From: Orbicella franksi
Lineage: Eukaryota
Assembly: GCA_964199315.1 (NCBI GenBank)
Contig: OZ116702.1
Location: 5,332,001-5,396,000, forward strand
Direction of reading: 5' to 3'
DNA length: 64,000 nucleotides
Of the stretch, positions 28,680-43,200 are shown in pieces. The notes beneath the pieces are model-generated. The model saw only the letters and a program-made list of their open reading frames with translations. It was not told where the DNA came from and did no database searches. Both the position numbers and the translations under genes were made by a program. Position 1 is the stretch's first letter. Each line of letters starts with the position of its first letter.

Positions 28680-29203
28680 TTGTTTTATGGTCTTGGGTAC
28701 CCGAGACAACCCTCCCCCTGAAGCAACTTTGTCGAGCGTCTATATATGAAACGTCGTCTCTGTAACTGAGGAAGAGCTGACCCCGCATGATCATTCATAA
28801 CCCTTTATTGAATAATCAAATGTGCAAATATCCCTCTTTCTTTGTGGTTTCCTCGGTCATTAGATCAAAGTAAGTGGGTTTTGCGGAGTTAATTTTCACT
28901 TCTTTGACACGAATTTCTGCTTTAAATCCTAAATCTATCATTTGGTGACACTCGCCAAGCCAAGAATTGTCTCGGTTTGGTGAGCCAAATTGTTTATATG
29001 AAGAAACATCGTCTCGCCTGCCAGGGTTACCCCACCTGCCGAGGCAATACAACTCGCCCACCCGAGTTGTCTCGCCCCCGAGACGGATTCGCGATCCTCT
29101 TGTAAACGGTCGGTTGAAGTCTTCGAAGAAATAAGAAAAAAGTTACCTCGGTTAGGGTAACTTGGAGGGAGATTTCTCGGATAACCGAGACCATATAATT
29201 GGG
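28680..29203. mobile_element. MITE with long TIRs (atggtct.gggtacccgagacaaccctccc / ggagggaga.ttctcggataaccgagaccatat)
   Basis: Inverted termini; non-coding interior. Confidence 0.6.
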
Positions 29204-30663
29204 GCGTCAGACAGATCGCGACAGGAAATGAGTGGTGCAGGAATTATCTGATAATTATAAATGAACGGGGTAACGGGCCAACTCCTACCGCCTGGGGGTG
29301 GGTGGACAACATAACACCGGTCCAGTCGGTGATGACGACGGAAAGGCTTATGTGGAGGAAAATAAACCAGGAAATATCAACTTTTGGCCTGTTGATGAGC
29401 TGAGTTGACTACAAATGTGCCCTTGATTTTTTCTGATTGCCAGCAATCAAACTTTACCTGATATGGCAGGTTGAAAAACAAGCAAGGTCGATCTTTTCCG
29501 GGTAGTCTGAGAATTTTCGATCAAGTGAATCGGCGAGAGCATTAAAAAAAATTGAAAAAAGAATAATAGGAAGCCCGGGGAATTCTAAAACAAAACCGAG
29601 GGGTTGTTTTCCATAAAGCTCAATTTTTTTTTTCTAATAACCTCACTGAAGATGTTGAGAGCGAAACACGCTTAGGGCGAGTAAAAAAAGCGTGATTCAA
29701 AACCGTTCCAAGATTGCAGTCTAAATTCTCATCGCTGTTTTTCATGGCTACAATTTTAACTTGGAGAATTTGGCTTCTGAATCTGACTTTTTCACAGTTA
29801 ATGATTAAAGGCTTAAAATTCTTAACTTGAGTTGATTATAAAGGTAATTAGGGGAGCTAATCACTATTCCAACCGCTGGAGATTAAATGGCTTTGTAACA
29901 ATGCAGTTTAATGGCTTTTAATGCACTCCAACGGTTTTTTCAGACTATAAGAGGGTTTTTCTTGAAGTTCGTAACATGCTTGGAAGTACATGTAGATTTA
30001 CAAGACGGTTTTGAAACGACCAAATGAGAGTTAAACAGAGTCAATACTGTTTACCCTTTACATGACATGATTTTCTTTCTTTCACTGAAATTATAATTGC
30101 CTGATTCTGAAATTTCTTGATATGTTGTGTTAGAGAATCCAGCTGTTTAATTCTACATGCGCGCTTGTCACATTGTGTTTCTTCAGTATATAATTTTAAT
30201 CCCATTTATCAAAAGAATGATTAGCCGTGCCTGTAATCTTCCTTTTTGTAGTTCAGTATTCCTTTATTCCTCGCGCAACGTAGAATATTTCGTTTTGCGC
30301 GAAAATGACCGGTTAAAACAGTTATGACTGGGGCGATTAAAACCTTCCTTCCACTTGAATCCGCACTGCAATACAGAACAGCTGTCGCGTCCAGGCAGCG
30401 ACTACTGAAAAAAAATTTGTTCAAGCTGAATTATTAAAAAATCGACACGTAAACCTCATTCTGAAAGTATCACTCCTTTAAATCGCGCCTCTGAACAACG
30501 TAGGGTAACTTTATTCACCTACAGAAGGCAAATAACGTGCGTTCTTTTTACTGGTTGAATCGCGGTTATTTTTCTTACAAAACAAACACACCTGTGATTT
30601 GTGCTTTTTCCGTTACTAAAAGACTTCAACAACAATATAGCGCTATTCACAAGAAATCCATTA

Positions 30664-32124
30664 ATGTCGGAGAGAATGGAGGTTAACATGCTCAGAGAGA
30701 TATTAGTGGTTTTAGCTTATTTTCTGTGCTATATTCAATTTGCGGTCAGCGCCCGAAACAGCGAAGGGGAACCGGATGAAGATGGCGCAAAATCGAGTGG
30801 TCGAAAAATTCTGGTCTTCGGTGGGAACGGTTTTATTGGAAGCGAAACCGTACGAAGACTCCTGGATAAAGGAGACGAGATTACCATCGTGAACCGAGGG
30901 AATTGGTACTTCGATTCAAGCGAGCGCATCAAACCGTTTGTAAAAGCGCATTTTCTATGCGATAGAGACAAACTGCTCAAAGTTGATTGCGAGGAGCTTT
31001 TAACATCCGGGTACTACGACGCTGTGATCGATTTCAGCTCGTACAATGCGAGGCAGATAAAACAGGTGGTCGACATATTACATGGTCGAGTTGGTGTTTA
31101 TATCTACATCAGCACCGATTCAATTTACGAGGTCTGCGAGAAAAAGCATTCTGGACTTAGCACTGAAGAAGACGCAGTCCGACCAAAGAGCCCGAAGAAG
31201 CGCCTGGAACTTAAGAGAGAGGAAAAATACGCGCATGATAAACTTGCTTGTGAAGAGGTACTCGAACAGGAGAGGAAATCTGGTGGATTCCCGTACGTAG
31301 CTTTAAGACTCCCGGATGTAATCGGACCACGTGACAGTTCCTTCCGCTTTTGGACCTATCATCTGTGGATACGCATCCACAAGGCCATTCAACATCCGGT
31401 ACATATGCCCAGCGGTGTATCAGATGTGAAGTTTAGTCTTATACACGTAGAGGACGCGGCAAAAGCCATCGAGAAGGTCTTGGATGTTGGTCCCGCGGCT
31501 CACAACCAAGCTATCAACCTGGCGTTCAGCGAACAATTCACTCTAAAAAAGCTCCTCCGAGATATCGCCGATAAACTGAACGTGGACGAGCTCGAGTTTA
31601 TTTCGGATGACGATTCCACGTGGTATTCCTATCCCACGGTTACAAAAGGTCCTCTTGATATCAACAAGGCCAAAATTCTTCTTGGCTGGGAGCCCATGAC
31701 CTGGGAGAGCGCACTCGATTCACTTTCCTCTTTTTTGGAGGGTGCCATGACTGAAGAAAAATTTGTCAGAGAGAGAGAAATGCTATTGGCTGACTTCTTT
31801 GAGAGCATTGTTCCTGAAGAACATTACCCAACCGCGCTAAAGAAGCTGATTGAAATGTACGGAAATGACGTAATGGAAGGAATAGCGTTGGACATAGGCT
31901 TCGATACAGCCCCTGAAATCGAGGGCCCGAGTGATGTTCAAAATTCCAGCGCTGCGCATGAACAAAAGTCAGCGGAGACGCGATCGGAGGCTAAGGCAGC
32001 AGAGAAGAGCGATAGAGAAAGTGTCGAGGAATTGGTGACGGAAGTTGATTCTGAAAACGAAGCTAGTGAATCAATTCCAAATTTAGAAGGAAAGAAGAAA
32101 GACAAGCACTTGGATGAACTGTGA
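30664..32124 (+). CDS. Intronless extended/atypical SDR (NAD(P)-dependent epimerase/dehydratase-like) with signal peptide and C-terminal DEL
   Basis: Long uninterrupted ORF with GGNGFIG Rossmann motif, YIYISTDSIY, YAHDK (YxxxK) and LRLPDVIGP. Hydrophobic N-terminus MLREILVVLAYFLCYIQFAVSA (ATG at 30664, 30676 or 30688), acidic tail, ends HLDEL*. Confidence 0.88.
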   Translation: MSERMEVNMLREILVVLAYFLCYIQFAVSARNSEGEPDEDGAKSSGRKILVFGGNGFIGSETVRRLLDKGDEITIVNRGNWYFDSSERIKPFVKAHFLCDRDKLLKVDCEELLTSGYYDAVIDFSSYNARQIKQVVDILHGRVGVYIYISTDSIYEVCEKKHSGLSTEEDAVRPKSPKKRLELKREEKYAHDKLACEEVLEQERKSGGFPYVALRLPDVIGPRDSSFRFWTYHLWIRIHKAIQHPVHMPSGVSDVKFSLIHVEDAAKAIEKVLDVGPAAHNQAINLAFSEQFTLKKLLRDIADKLNVDELEFISDDDSTWYSYPTVTKGPLDINKAKILLGWEPMTWESALDSLSSFLEGAMTEEKFVREREMLLADFFESIVPEEHYPTALKKLIEMYGNDVMEGIALDIGFDTAPEIEGPSDVQNSSAAHEQKSAETRSEAKAAEKSDRESVEELVTEVDSENEASESIPNLEGKKKDKHLDEL

Positions 32125-32175
32125 ATTATTTTAGATAAGACACTTGCAAACACTCTTTTTCCTTGGCCATCGTAG

Positions 32176-32374
32176 CTTTAGAAGAAACAAAACACAAACC
32201 GCGGTGATAAACATGGAACCAAAACGCATGTTAAACAAAGTTAATTTAATCTAGTTAACGGTCACTTCTGAAGATGTATGTTGTACATACGAAACGTCAA
32301 GGAAATTAACTTTGTTTAACATGCGTTTTGGTTCCATGTTTATCACCGCGGTTTGTGTTTTGTTTCTTCTAAAG
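32176..32374. repeat. Perfect 72-bp inverted repeat with 55-bp spacer
   Basis: 32176-32247 is the exact reverse complement of 32303-32374. Confidence 0.92.
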
Positions 32375-32679
32375 ACACTTGCACTTTGAGAATTTTAGTC
32401 CACTTCAGCAGTGAAATATTAAGCAAAAAATTTTGTTTTATTGTCTTAGTTTTCTTGAAAGCGAAAATTAATTGTAAAATAAAAAATTGCAATCTGACCA
32501 ATCAGATAATTAGTAGTATGTTTGATAATTTTCATTCGTTAACTTGGGATCACAAAGCAGCCAGTCGGATAGAACTGGTCAAAAACATATTTTACGAGAG
32601 CTACATACATATCCTCCGGAGAACACTTCGTAGAAAATCAATTCATGGGTAGAAGAGTAATTATATTACTAACTACATG

Positions 32680-32821
32680 TACTTATTAACCGGGAGTGAG
32701 GTCTTAACGGGAAAATCTCAAACCAAGACCTTGCCGTATTGACCGAGCGATAGCGAGGTTAATACGGGAAAGTCGAGAAATGAGATTTAGCCGTAAAAAC
32801 CTCACTCTCGGTTGATAAGTA
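32680..32821. mobile_element. Small palindromic MITE (related copy at about 47912-48020)
   Basis: tacttattaaccgggagtgagg...cctcactctcggttgataagta inverted termini. Confidence 0.65.
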
Positions 32822-33239
32822 GGTATTACATACTTTATAACCCGCTTCGCAGGAGTAAACGGGGAAGGGACAGTAGGACAGGCAAAAATACGCGGGGAAG
32901 AAGGGGAAGTTCCTCCCCTCTCTCACTCTCCCCCTATCCCCTCCTCCCTACCCCGCTATCCCTTCGTGTCTCTCCCGTTTTACGCCTGCTATAGAGGCTA
33001 GGTATTTATCGGTACCATGTTTTTCAAGATTTAAAGTTAACGTCGTTCTCAAGTCTGTGAGGGCTTTTCCAAACTTTCACGGCTATACCCCAGAATAGCC
33101 TGCGTCCCAGACAGTCTAAACCGCCGGTATACCGGCGGACTATACCGGGGATTTTGTGACACTTCCGGCTCCAACGCAAGCTAACCCCAGAACGATCTAG
33201 CGACAGTCAAGATGATAGGCAGGATATTTTTCTATCGAG

Positions 33240-33511
33240 TTTTAGTATAAATCTATATCACGAATGCCGTTCTCTGATTGGCTACGCTACTCACTATCTA
33301 TTCTGTGATAGATGGTGAGTAGCGTAGCAGTGTACCCTTGTTAACAAAACTACGGCCGCTTCTTGGCGTTTTCGAATCGAAGTGTCTGTGAAGGGGATTA
33401 AGATAAAGTTTTGAACGACTAAATTAATTAGATTATTCGCTCTCGCCGAGAGTGAATAATCTAATTAATTTAGTATAAATCTACTAGTCGTTCAAAACTT
33501 TATCTTAATCC
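33240..33511. repeat. Interspersed repeat (family also at about 51805-51990) ending in a fold-back duplication
   Basis: Shared tagcagtgt...ttgttaac...cggccgct...tcgaagtgtctg...tagattattcgc; internal hairpin ctacgctactcac...gtgagtagcgtag. Confidence 0.6.
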
Positions 33512-34474
33512 TCTCCTAAGGAACACACAGGCTAAAACAGATCGACAGATTTAAGTAGAACTTTTCAAAGCACAAAAAAGATCAAACCGAAGGAAAATTA
33601 TAAAAACACGTAAAACTATTTAGCCTGCAAGCAAACAACACTGTGAAGCAATGGAAATTTTATCTGCGCTCGGGCTTAAAGTTGTTCCCTACTGAATTTT
33701 GGAATTGCCTTTTACTTGCCGTCAGGTTTGATAATCGAATTAGTGTTGCATTCAGCAAAGCGCTACAAAATTAAGGCTGTTGAAAAATATGTGCTCCGAC
33801 TTAAGGCGAATTTTATGCATTTCTCTTAGTCTCGCAGCGCTAATTGTTCAGGATAATTAATGTTTTAAGGTGTTGTTTCTTTCTAATGAACCGCGGAATT
33901 TATTCGGATGCAGGGTCCATGACGAACTCTGTAGTCGGGAAATTGCTTAAAATTTTGTTGTACACTCAGGCTTTCGTATCCCCTGATGTGCTTGTAGCTG
34001 CAGAAGCGTGCTTTTTGAGATTACCATCGAATAGAATCTGAGATTTTTGATTGATGTGAAAATCGAAAAATCTTTTTCACTCTATGGTATGAAAAGAATT
34101 ACGCCTCCTGCATGATCAGATCGCTCCAAGTCACCTCAGTCACTTCGCTCCAATCGAAAGTTAGATCGCTCCATACAAAAGTGACCTCACACCGTGTAAG
34201 AAGTTAGTGAAATATTGGCGGGAACCTTTTTGTTCTATGATATGAGGTCACTAAACAAATAGTTAACATTGCAGACATAGAGATGTGTTGCTTTAATTAT
34301 TAAAAGGTCGAATTATATAGATGCTGAGGTTTAAATTTGTTTTGATGACAAAATGCCGCTAAACCGTTAAAGCGGTTAAAGAAGGTACTGAAGCGTGGTA
34401 AGACTTGTAAACCTTGGGTGCCCTAAAACGTTAAGGAACTTTAAGATAGAATCGAAAGGAACTTTTACAATAAT

Positions 34475-34712
34475 TGCCTAATTTCTCGCGCTGATTGGCT
34501 CATTTTAATCATCAATAAGAGTACAGACGGAATGAAATCATAATTTATGCAAGCTTTCAAGTTCAACTTTCAGCCCGTCAAACTGTCAACTTTTTAACCA
34601 ATGAGATTTTGTGGCGGCGAGTGGTTCCGCAGTAAACTTTGACAAGGTTATAACGAAATTTATCATTAATAAGAGGACAGACGCACAAAAAACTGACGTC
34701 AATTTGTTAAAT
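34475..34712 (+). repeat. Same repeat family as 24727-25075
   Basis: aatttctcgcgctgattggctc...actttgacaa.gttat.acgaaattt...ggacagacgca.aaaaactgacgtcaatttg. Confidence 0.6.
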
Positions 34713-35039
34713 ATAAGTATTATCCGAAGTGCTCTTGTTATTTGTAGGGTGAGTGCTGATTCTTACTGGGGGTGATTCATCGCTGTCTCCATCTTTTCCC
34801 TGTTAACTACAAAACGAAGAAAATATGGTAATCTCAATTCGTTGTCTTTATCTTTTCTGATTGAAGACGAAAATCTCACTAAGACGCAAAATACTTTCGC
34901 ATCTTCCAAGTGCAGCACCCAAGCGAGGCTTGCCCCAGAACTCCAAGCGATCGCTATGAGTATCCCAGATTGCACTGCAGTGTCCCTCCTCGCCGTCCAT
35001 CTTGGAAAGTAGAACGGAGCGTGGCGTTATATCATCAGA

Positions 35040-35100
35040 GAAGTTATCATAAAAGATGTTTTCTTGCAGTAAATTTACCTCCCCAGTCGCTAGGAGTATT
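35040..35100 (+). other. Candidate non-coding first exon of the ATP synthase c gene (5' boundary unknown)
   Basis: Strong donor GTAAGT at 35101. Both downstream ATG exons start with acceptors, so an upstream exon must exist. Confidence 0.35.
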
Positions 35101-35890
35101 GTAAGTGTAAGTTGTTTAAAGTTTCGTTAGAGCTCTAGCCTACGTTAATCGAATTGCTTTGATATTTGTAGGTTGGCAATGGTCGCGCACTATCTCGGCC
35201 GCTTTCTACCGCCATTCGTCCCCAGTCACAAACTTTGGCAATGGTATGTACTCCGAAGGGTGGAGGAAGTGAGACCAAATACCTATAAAATACGAAAGAG
35301 ATATTTATTTTTGTCTGGGATTGTAATTTAGGCGTACTTTGAGCGGGTTTGTCACAAAACTTTTGGACCGGCGTCGGCTTGTGCAACTTGAGATAGGGTT
35401 GCACGTGTCATTAGAGATTTCTTCGTAGTAAAATTTAGAGACGGTAAATGTTAAACTAGGCATGAGGCACAGTTTAGAAAGTGGGCTTTGCGAAAGGTTA
35501 TTAAACTGCTCGATCGCTTCGTTTTTGAATGGATCCACGATTGGAATTAGCAGTTTGAAGTATTGGGGGGTGGGTTCATAGAGATTTCAATATACATTTG
35601 TACTAAACTATACATCCAATATACGATGCTGATTATTGATGTAGAATTCTTAAATTCCCGTTGAGCGAAGTCAAAACTGCATATCAGTTGAATGAACGAA
35701 AGACCCTATCTTAGGGGAAATCTTGATTCAGTTGAAATTCCTCCAGTGGAAATGTTGGAAATTTGGATAAATCATCGATGAGAATTTCTTTTTTGACATT
35801 GAGACAAAGTAGTAGTAACTTGGGTTTAATTTTTAGTTGTTCTGTATTTAATACATGTGATTAACCTTTTTTTTTCATTGTTACTTCAGA

Positions 35891-38697
<2,807 letters not shown>

Positions 38698-39647
38698 ACT
38701 GTATTCCTGATCAACATGCGATCAATTCATGCCATTAATTTTAGTAGATGGCTTTGTGGAAGGGCTGTTGTGTGCTTGTGCTAATTTTATTTTGTGAACA
38801 AATAACTGTGATGGTCTCAAATAAAGTACCTTGTGTAACATTTTGTACACACTTTATTTTGTTGTTTCCAGATGTTAAATCAAGCAGGGCCAATGATACA
38901 AAATCACTAATTTGTGTCTTTTTCAAATGTTAGATAATGCTGTCCACTGGATAGATCAACTTCTACTTGATAGTGATCATTTGGTGGTTAGCATTTCCTT
39001 CCTTGAACAACTGCAGATTAAATTTGCTCTTATGTAATATTTGTTGTTAGTTTCTTGTAAAGTACTGCCTTTCATCTCCTTTTTCCCCTGCTTCGGCAAG
39101 GGCTCCTTTTAAGCGGCCCCTCAAGTATAAGAATAATTATTATTATGAACAAGCCACCTCGTCCTCCCTCTATCAACCCAGTCCTGAAGCCAGTTTGATT
39201 GTGAATTGGGAGTTATGAACCATGTGCTGTCTGTAAGGATGACCATAGTTATTATTTTACAATGCTAACTTTTTGGCTCCCTACTTTGTTTAGAGGAATT
39301 ATGCCAACCTTGAGCAGGCGCTGATACTTCTCTGAGCTTGGCTAGGCAAGATGCTTCACACATATCTTTTTAGGGGGAGGGAGGTAGGGGAGTCCTAATT
39401 ATACAAGTGCTCTTGCAAAAACAGCAACAGGATAAATTTACCTTGGCTCATGATCCTAGTCCGCACATGCGAACATGGACTTTTTTTTCATTCTCTACTG
39501 AAGAGGAATTTGGTTCATGTCAAATTATCTGGTGTCTGATCAGTTGTACACCGGATAGTGTCAGTAAAACCATCTCATCTCAGTCTGTTGTTCAACTTCC
39601 ACCACAGCTATAATCAGAGTCTTAATGGGATTAAGAACACCTCTGCC

Positions 39648-39683
39648 CACCCCCCCCCCCCCCCACACACACACACACACCCC
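39648..39683 (+). repeat. Poly-C plus (CA)n microsatellite
   Basis: Direct reading. Confidence 0.8.
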
Positions 39684-40252
39684 AAGTTCCATTAGCTGCA
39701 GATCTTTGTATTCTCCCGGAGAGTGACCAGTGTGTTCCATCTCAGCAACTTGGCAGTTTTCTCAAAGGTCGTCTTGGATCAAAACCCACCTGTCTAGGCC
39801 AAGACGATACTAGGGGGTGGACCATTTGACATTTGAGGAAGGGTGGGTAGGATATTTTGAAAACATACATGTATCCTGCAGGCAAACTTGTACCAAAAAA
39901 ACCAGTCATGTACACACTGCCGAACACAAAAATTCACTCTCGTTTAGTGAGCCCAAAAAAACCATGTTACACAGAGATCAAAAAAACACCATGCGTACAC
40001 ACGTCCCGAGAAAAAAAATCCCCATCTCATGATTGCCAGTGAAAGGAATACATGCCTGTTCCAGATACCCCACCCCGGCTGAAATGATCCCCTCGGGGTC
40101 TAATCCTAACGGCAAAAAGAACTAATCAGCAATCGTTTTCATAGCGCGCTTTTTATGCACTAACCAATCATTGCTAAGTTTCTATGTTTGTGACTACCGG
40201 AGGCTGACTTTCAGTCCGTAAGCAAGTTTTTGGCGGCCGGGAAGCGAGCAGG

Positions 40253-43200
40253 ATGGCTGAAACTCAGTACAAACCTCCTGGGTTGGAACCTTGGGATATT
40301 GTCATAGTGGTGCTCTATTTCTTTATTATTCTTGGAGTGGGACTTTACGTAAGTATATCACTATACGTGTAGCAGTTTCAAACAATCGATTTGTTAGCGT
40401 GATCGATATCACACCCAGGTCATTAGAATACCATCGTTCGCGCTGTTTGTCGAGATTGTTTTATTTCGTCTCAAAGCTTGGATTTTAATGGCACGCACCT
40501 GTTGAACGAAAGAAATTCCGCGTTTTATTTAAGTTGTGTGTTGAAAGATGTCTTTGGCATAGTTCCTTGCGAACGTGGTGTAGTTTTAATAACCTCGGAC
40601 GCGCAAATAGCATGCAAATGTGGACATGCATGAGTTAGGTAGTTTTGCTTCATTCTGCAGAGGAGGTCGACCTGCAGTGATCCTGACTTAAGACCTTTCA
40701 GTCTTGCAGAACTTGAGTGGTCATTGATTGTTGAAAAAATTCGCAACATAAGCCGGCGGTTGTTTACGCTTTTCAAGACTCTTTCAAGATGGCCTCCTCG
40801 GTTGTTGACCTTCGAGTTTAACCGGCTATTGACTGCTTGTGGCAGCCCTGTACAATTAAACCTTTGTTACTATACGGAAAGCTTCCCCTTTGAGAACGCC
40901 CGAAAAAATCCTGTTAACGATCTAAGGAACAACTTCCACCTTCATCGTGATCAACTGCGTCGGCCACACGAGACCATGCAGACGTCTTCTGTGCATTGGT
41001 CTTTGCAATGCAAATACTGTTCGTGTGTTTATTCCCTCGCACAAGAGTCTAACAAACGCTCCAAACAATAGGATGCTAGCAAACAATAATCAACAACAAT
41101 TTAAACGCTCCTGTGTGACAAAGTGGACAAAATTTGTTTAGTATGCTCGTGTAGGAACAGTGTCTAGGTTTGTTTCATAAAACAACGTTTTGTATTTCAA
41201 AAGATCAAAGAACACCCCTGTGAGCGATTTTAGCTTTTCTCAGCTTAGTCAATTGAATGTTCAGAAATCAAAGTTGCTCGACCTCAATCTGTGGATTAAA
41301 GAGGCTGGCAACAGTTTCCAGCACTCTTCTAATAGCTATACTTTGAAGGATGAATACTACTATTGTTTATCAAGTGATGCTGCAGTATTGGTATCGTACA
41401 AATACCCAAACATTGGTTAACAATGACGGTCATTCTTTATTTATAACAAGTTACCATAGCAACAATATGACCTGCTAAAAACACCCATAATTGTAGCTTT
41501 AAGCACTTGTAACTCAGAAGCAAGCTCAGTGACCCCCATTTTTTATTATGGAAGTATGATTAGATATGATAAGATCTTGGGCAGGGACCGGAACTCCTAT
41601 ATAAAAAGGACGGGGGTGTTTGTTGTACCTTTTAGGGGTTAAAAAAGTGGTTTTAGTACCTCTCAGGGTGTTCAGCCTCAAAAGGTTCACAGTGGGAGCT
41701 TTTGCAGTACCTTTTAGGGTATTGAGCTGCAAAAATATAACAAGACATTATATGTTGTTTTAGAATTAATACCTCTTAGGGGTGAAAAACATTTCAAGCC
41801 ATGCCAACAAAAGAGGATCTTGGTACCTCTTAGGGGTTCTTTTCAAAAATTCCAACAAGCACCCCCATCCTTTTTAAATGGGAGACCCCCTCCCAGGAAT
41901 AAGATCCAACTTTTTGCAAAGTTTAAAAAAATTCTGTAGTGTGGGTTCAGCGCCACCTTAAATTTCGAAAAATTAAGGTGGTTCTGAACCCACAATACAG
42001 AATTTTTTAAAAAACCCTGCAATGTGGAATGTAGAGAGTATCAATTAAGTACTAAATAGGTTTGCTTTGATTGAGTCAGGTTGACTGTTCAGTCTAAATA
42101 GGTTTCTTTTCTTGGATAAAGAGCATTTTGTAAATTAAGCATTCAAATTTTTCAGTTTTACCAATTTGAAAATGATGAACAAGTCATTGCAATGTCATTC
42201 GAAATTATTATCGCTAGTTTTTATTCTTAAATTAATATCTGAAACCTAAATTAACAGACTCCAAAATTATTCAATGGGTTTGAAACAACAGCCAAACCAA
42301 AATAACTGTTTAGTTTTACAGGGGACAGAAGGCCACTTATGCACATTCTATATTTTGAAAACCCTAGATATACATGATTCAAATATTTTGGCTTTGATTT
42401 CTTGCAGGCCATGTTCAAGTCTAATCGGGGTACTGTCAGTGGATATTTCTTGGCTGGGAGATTTATGACATGGCTTCCAGTAAGTCAAGTTGGATCAGAC
42501 ATAAGTTTGTTTTTAAAAACAGGATGATGCAAAATAAATATTACGTGGCCGCGCGAACAAGAGAAATTTTGTATTTTCAAGTGGCCATGTAATTTTCTCT
42601 TTACTATATAAACACCAATGGAATAACAAACCATTTGACTTTTGTTGCAAAAGGCACAATTTATTATGTTACCATAGCAACGTGATCTTTTCACATGTGA
42701 AAATAACATGTTTTATTCACGTGTGAAGATGTCATGTTTTCGCACAAAAGCTCACCTGGTATTTCATCGGTGTTTATATAATAAATACTAAAATTACCCC
42801 TTAACATCTAATATACAACTAAAATTGAATATTTTGTTACAGTAACTGTTATAAAGTTAAAAATAAACCATTTTTTGGCGCAGGTTGGTGCATCACTGTT
42901 TGCAAGTAATATCGGCAGTGAACACTTCATTGGCTTGGCAGGATCAGGAGCTGCTGGTGGAATAGGAGTTGGAGCATTTGAATTTAATGTAAATATTACA
43001 TCCTGCTCAAACTTCAGTGAAATTGATTTCATTTTAACTTTTTCTTTAAGTCTTGTAATTTAATTGTCAAACAAATATGATGCATAGATGTATCATTTAA
43101 TGTTTCTGGTTTTGTGCTTGTTTTGTGTACTTGTGTTCACTGATTAGTCCTTCTGCTTTCAAGGCTATAATGCTGCTTCAGTTGCTTGGTTGGGTGTTTT

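Noticed and set aside
30601-30663. GTG-initiated extension of the SDR ORF
   Set aside because: Eukaryotic context; in-frame ATGs at 30664, 30676 and 30688 precede a proper signal peptide.
40560-41100. GC-richer block with caagATGGCC in SLC5A intron 1
   Set aside because: The ATG frame closes after 10 codons and no spliceable in-frame exon was found. It is possibly a decayed LINE 5' region but cannot be supported.
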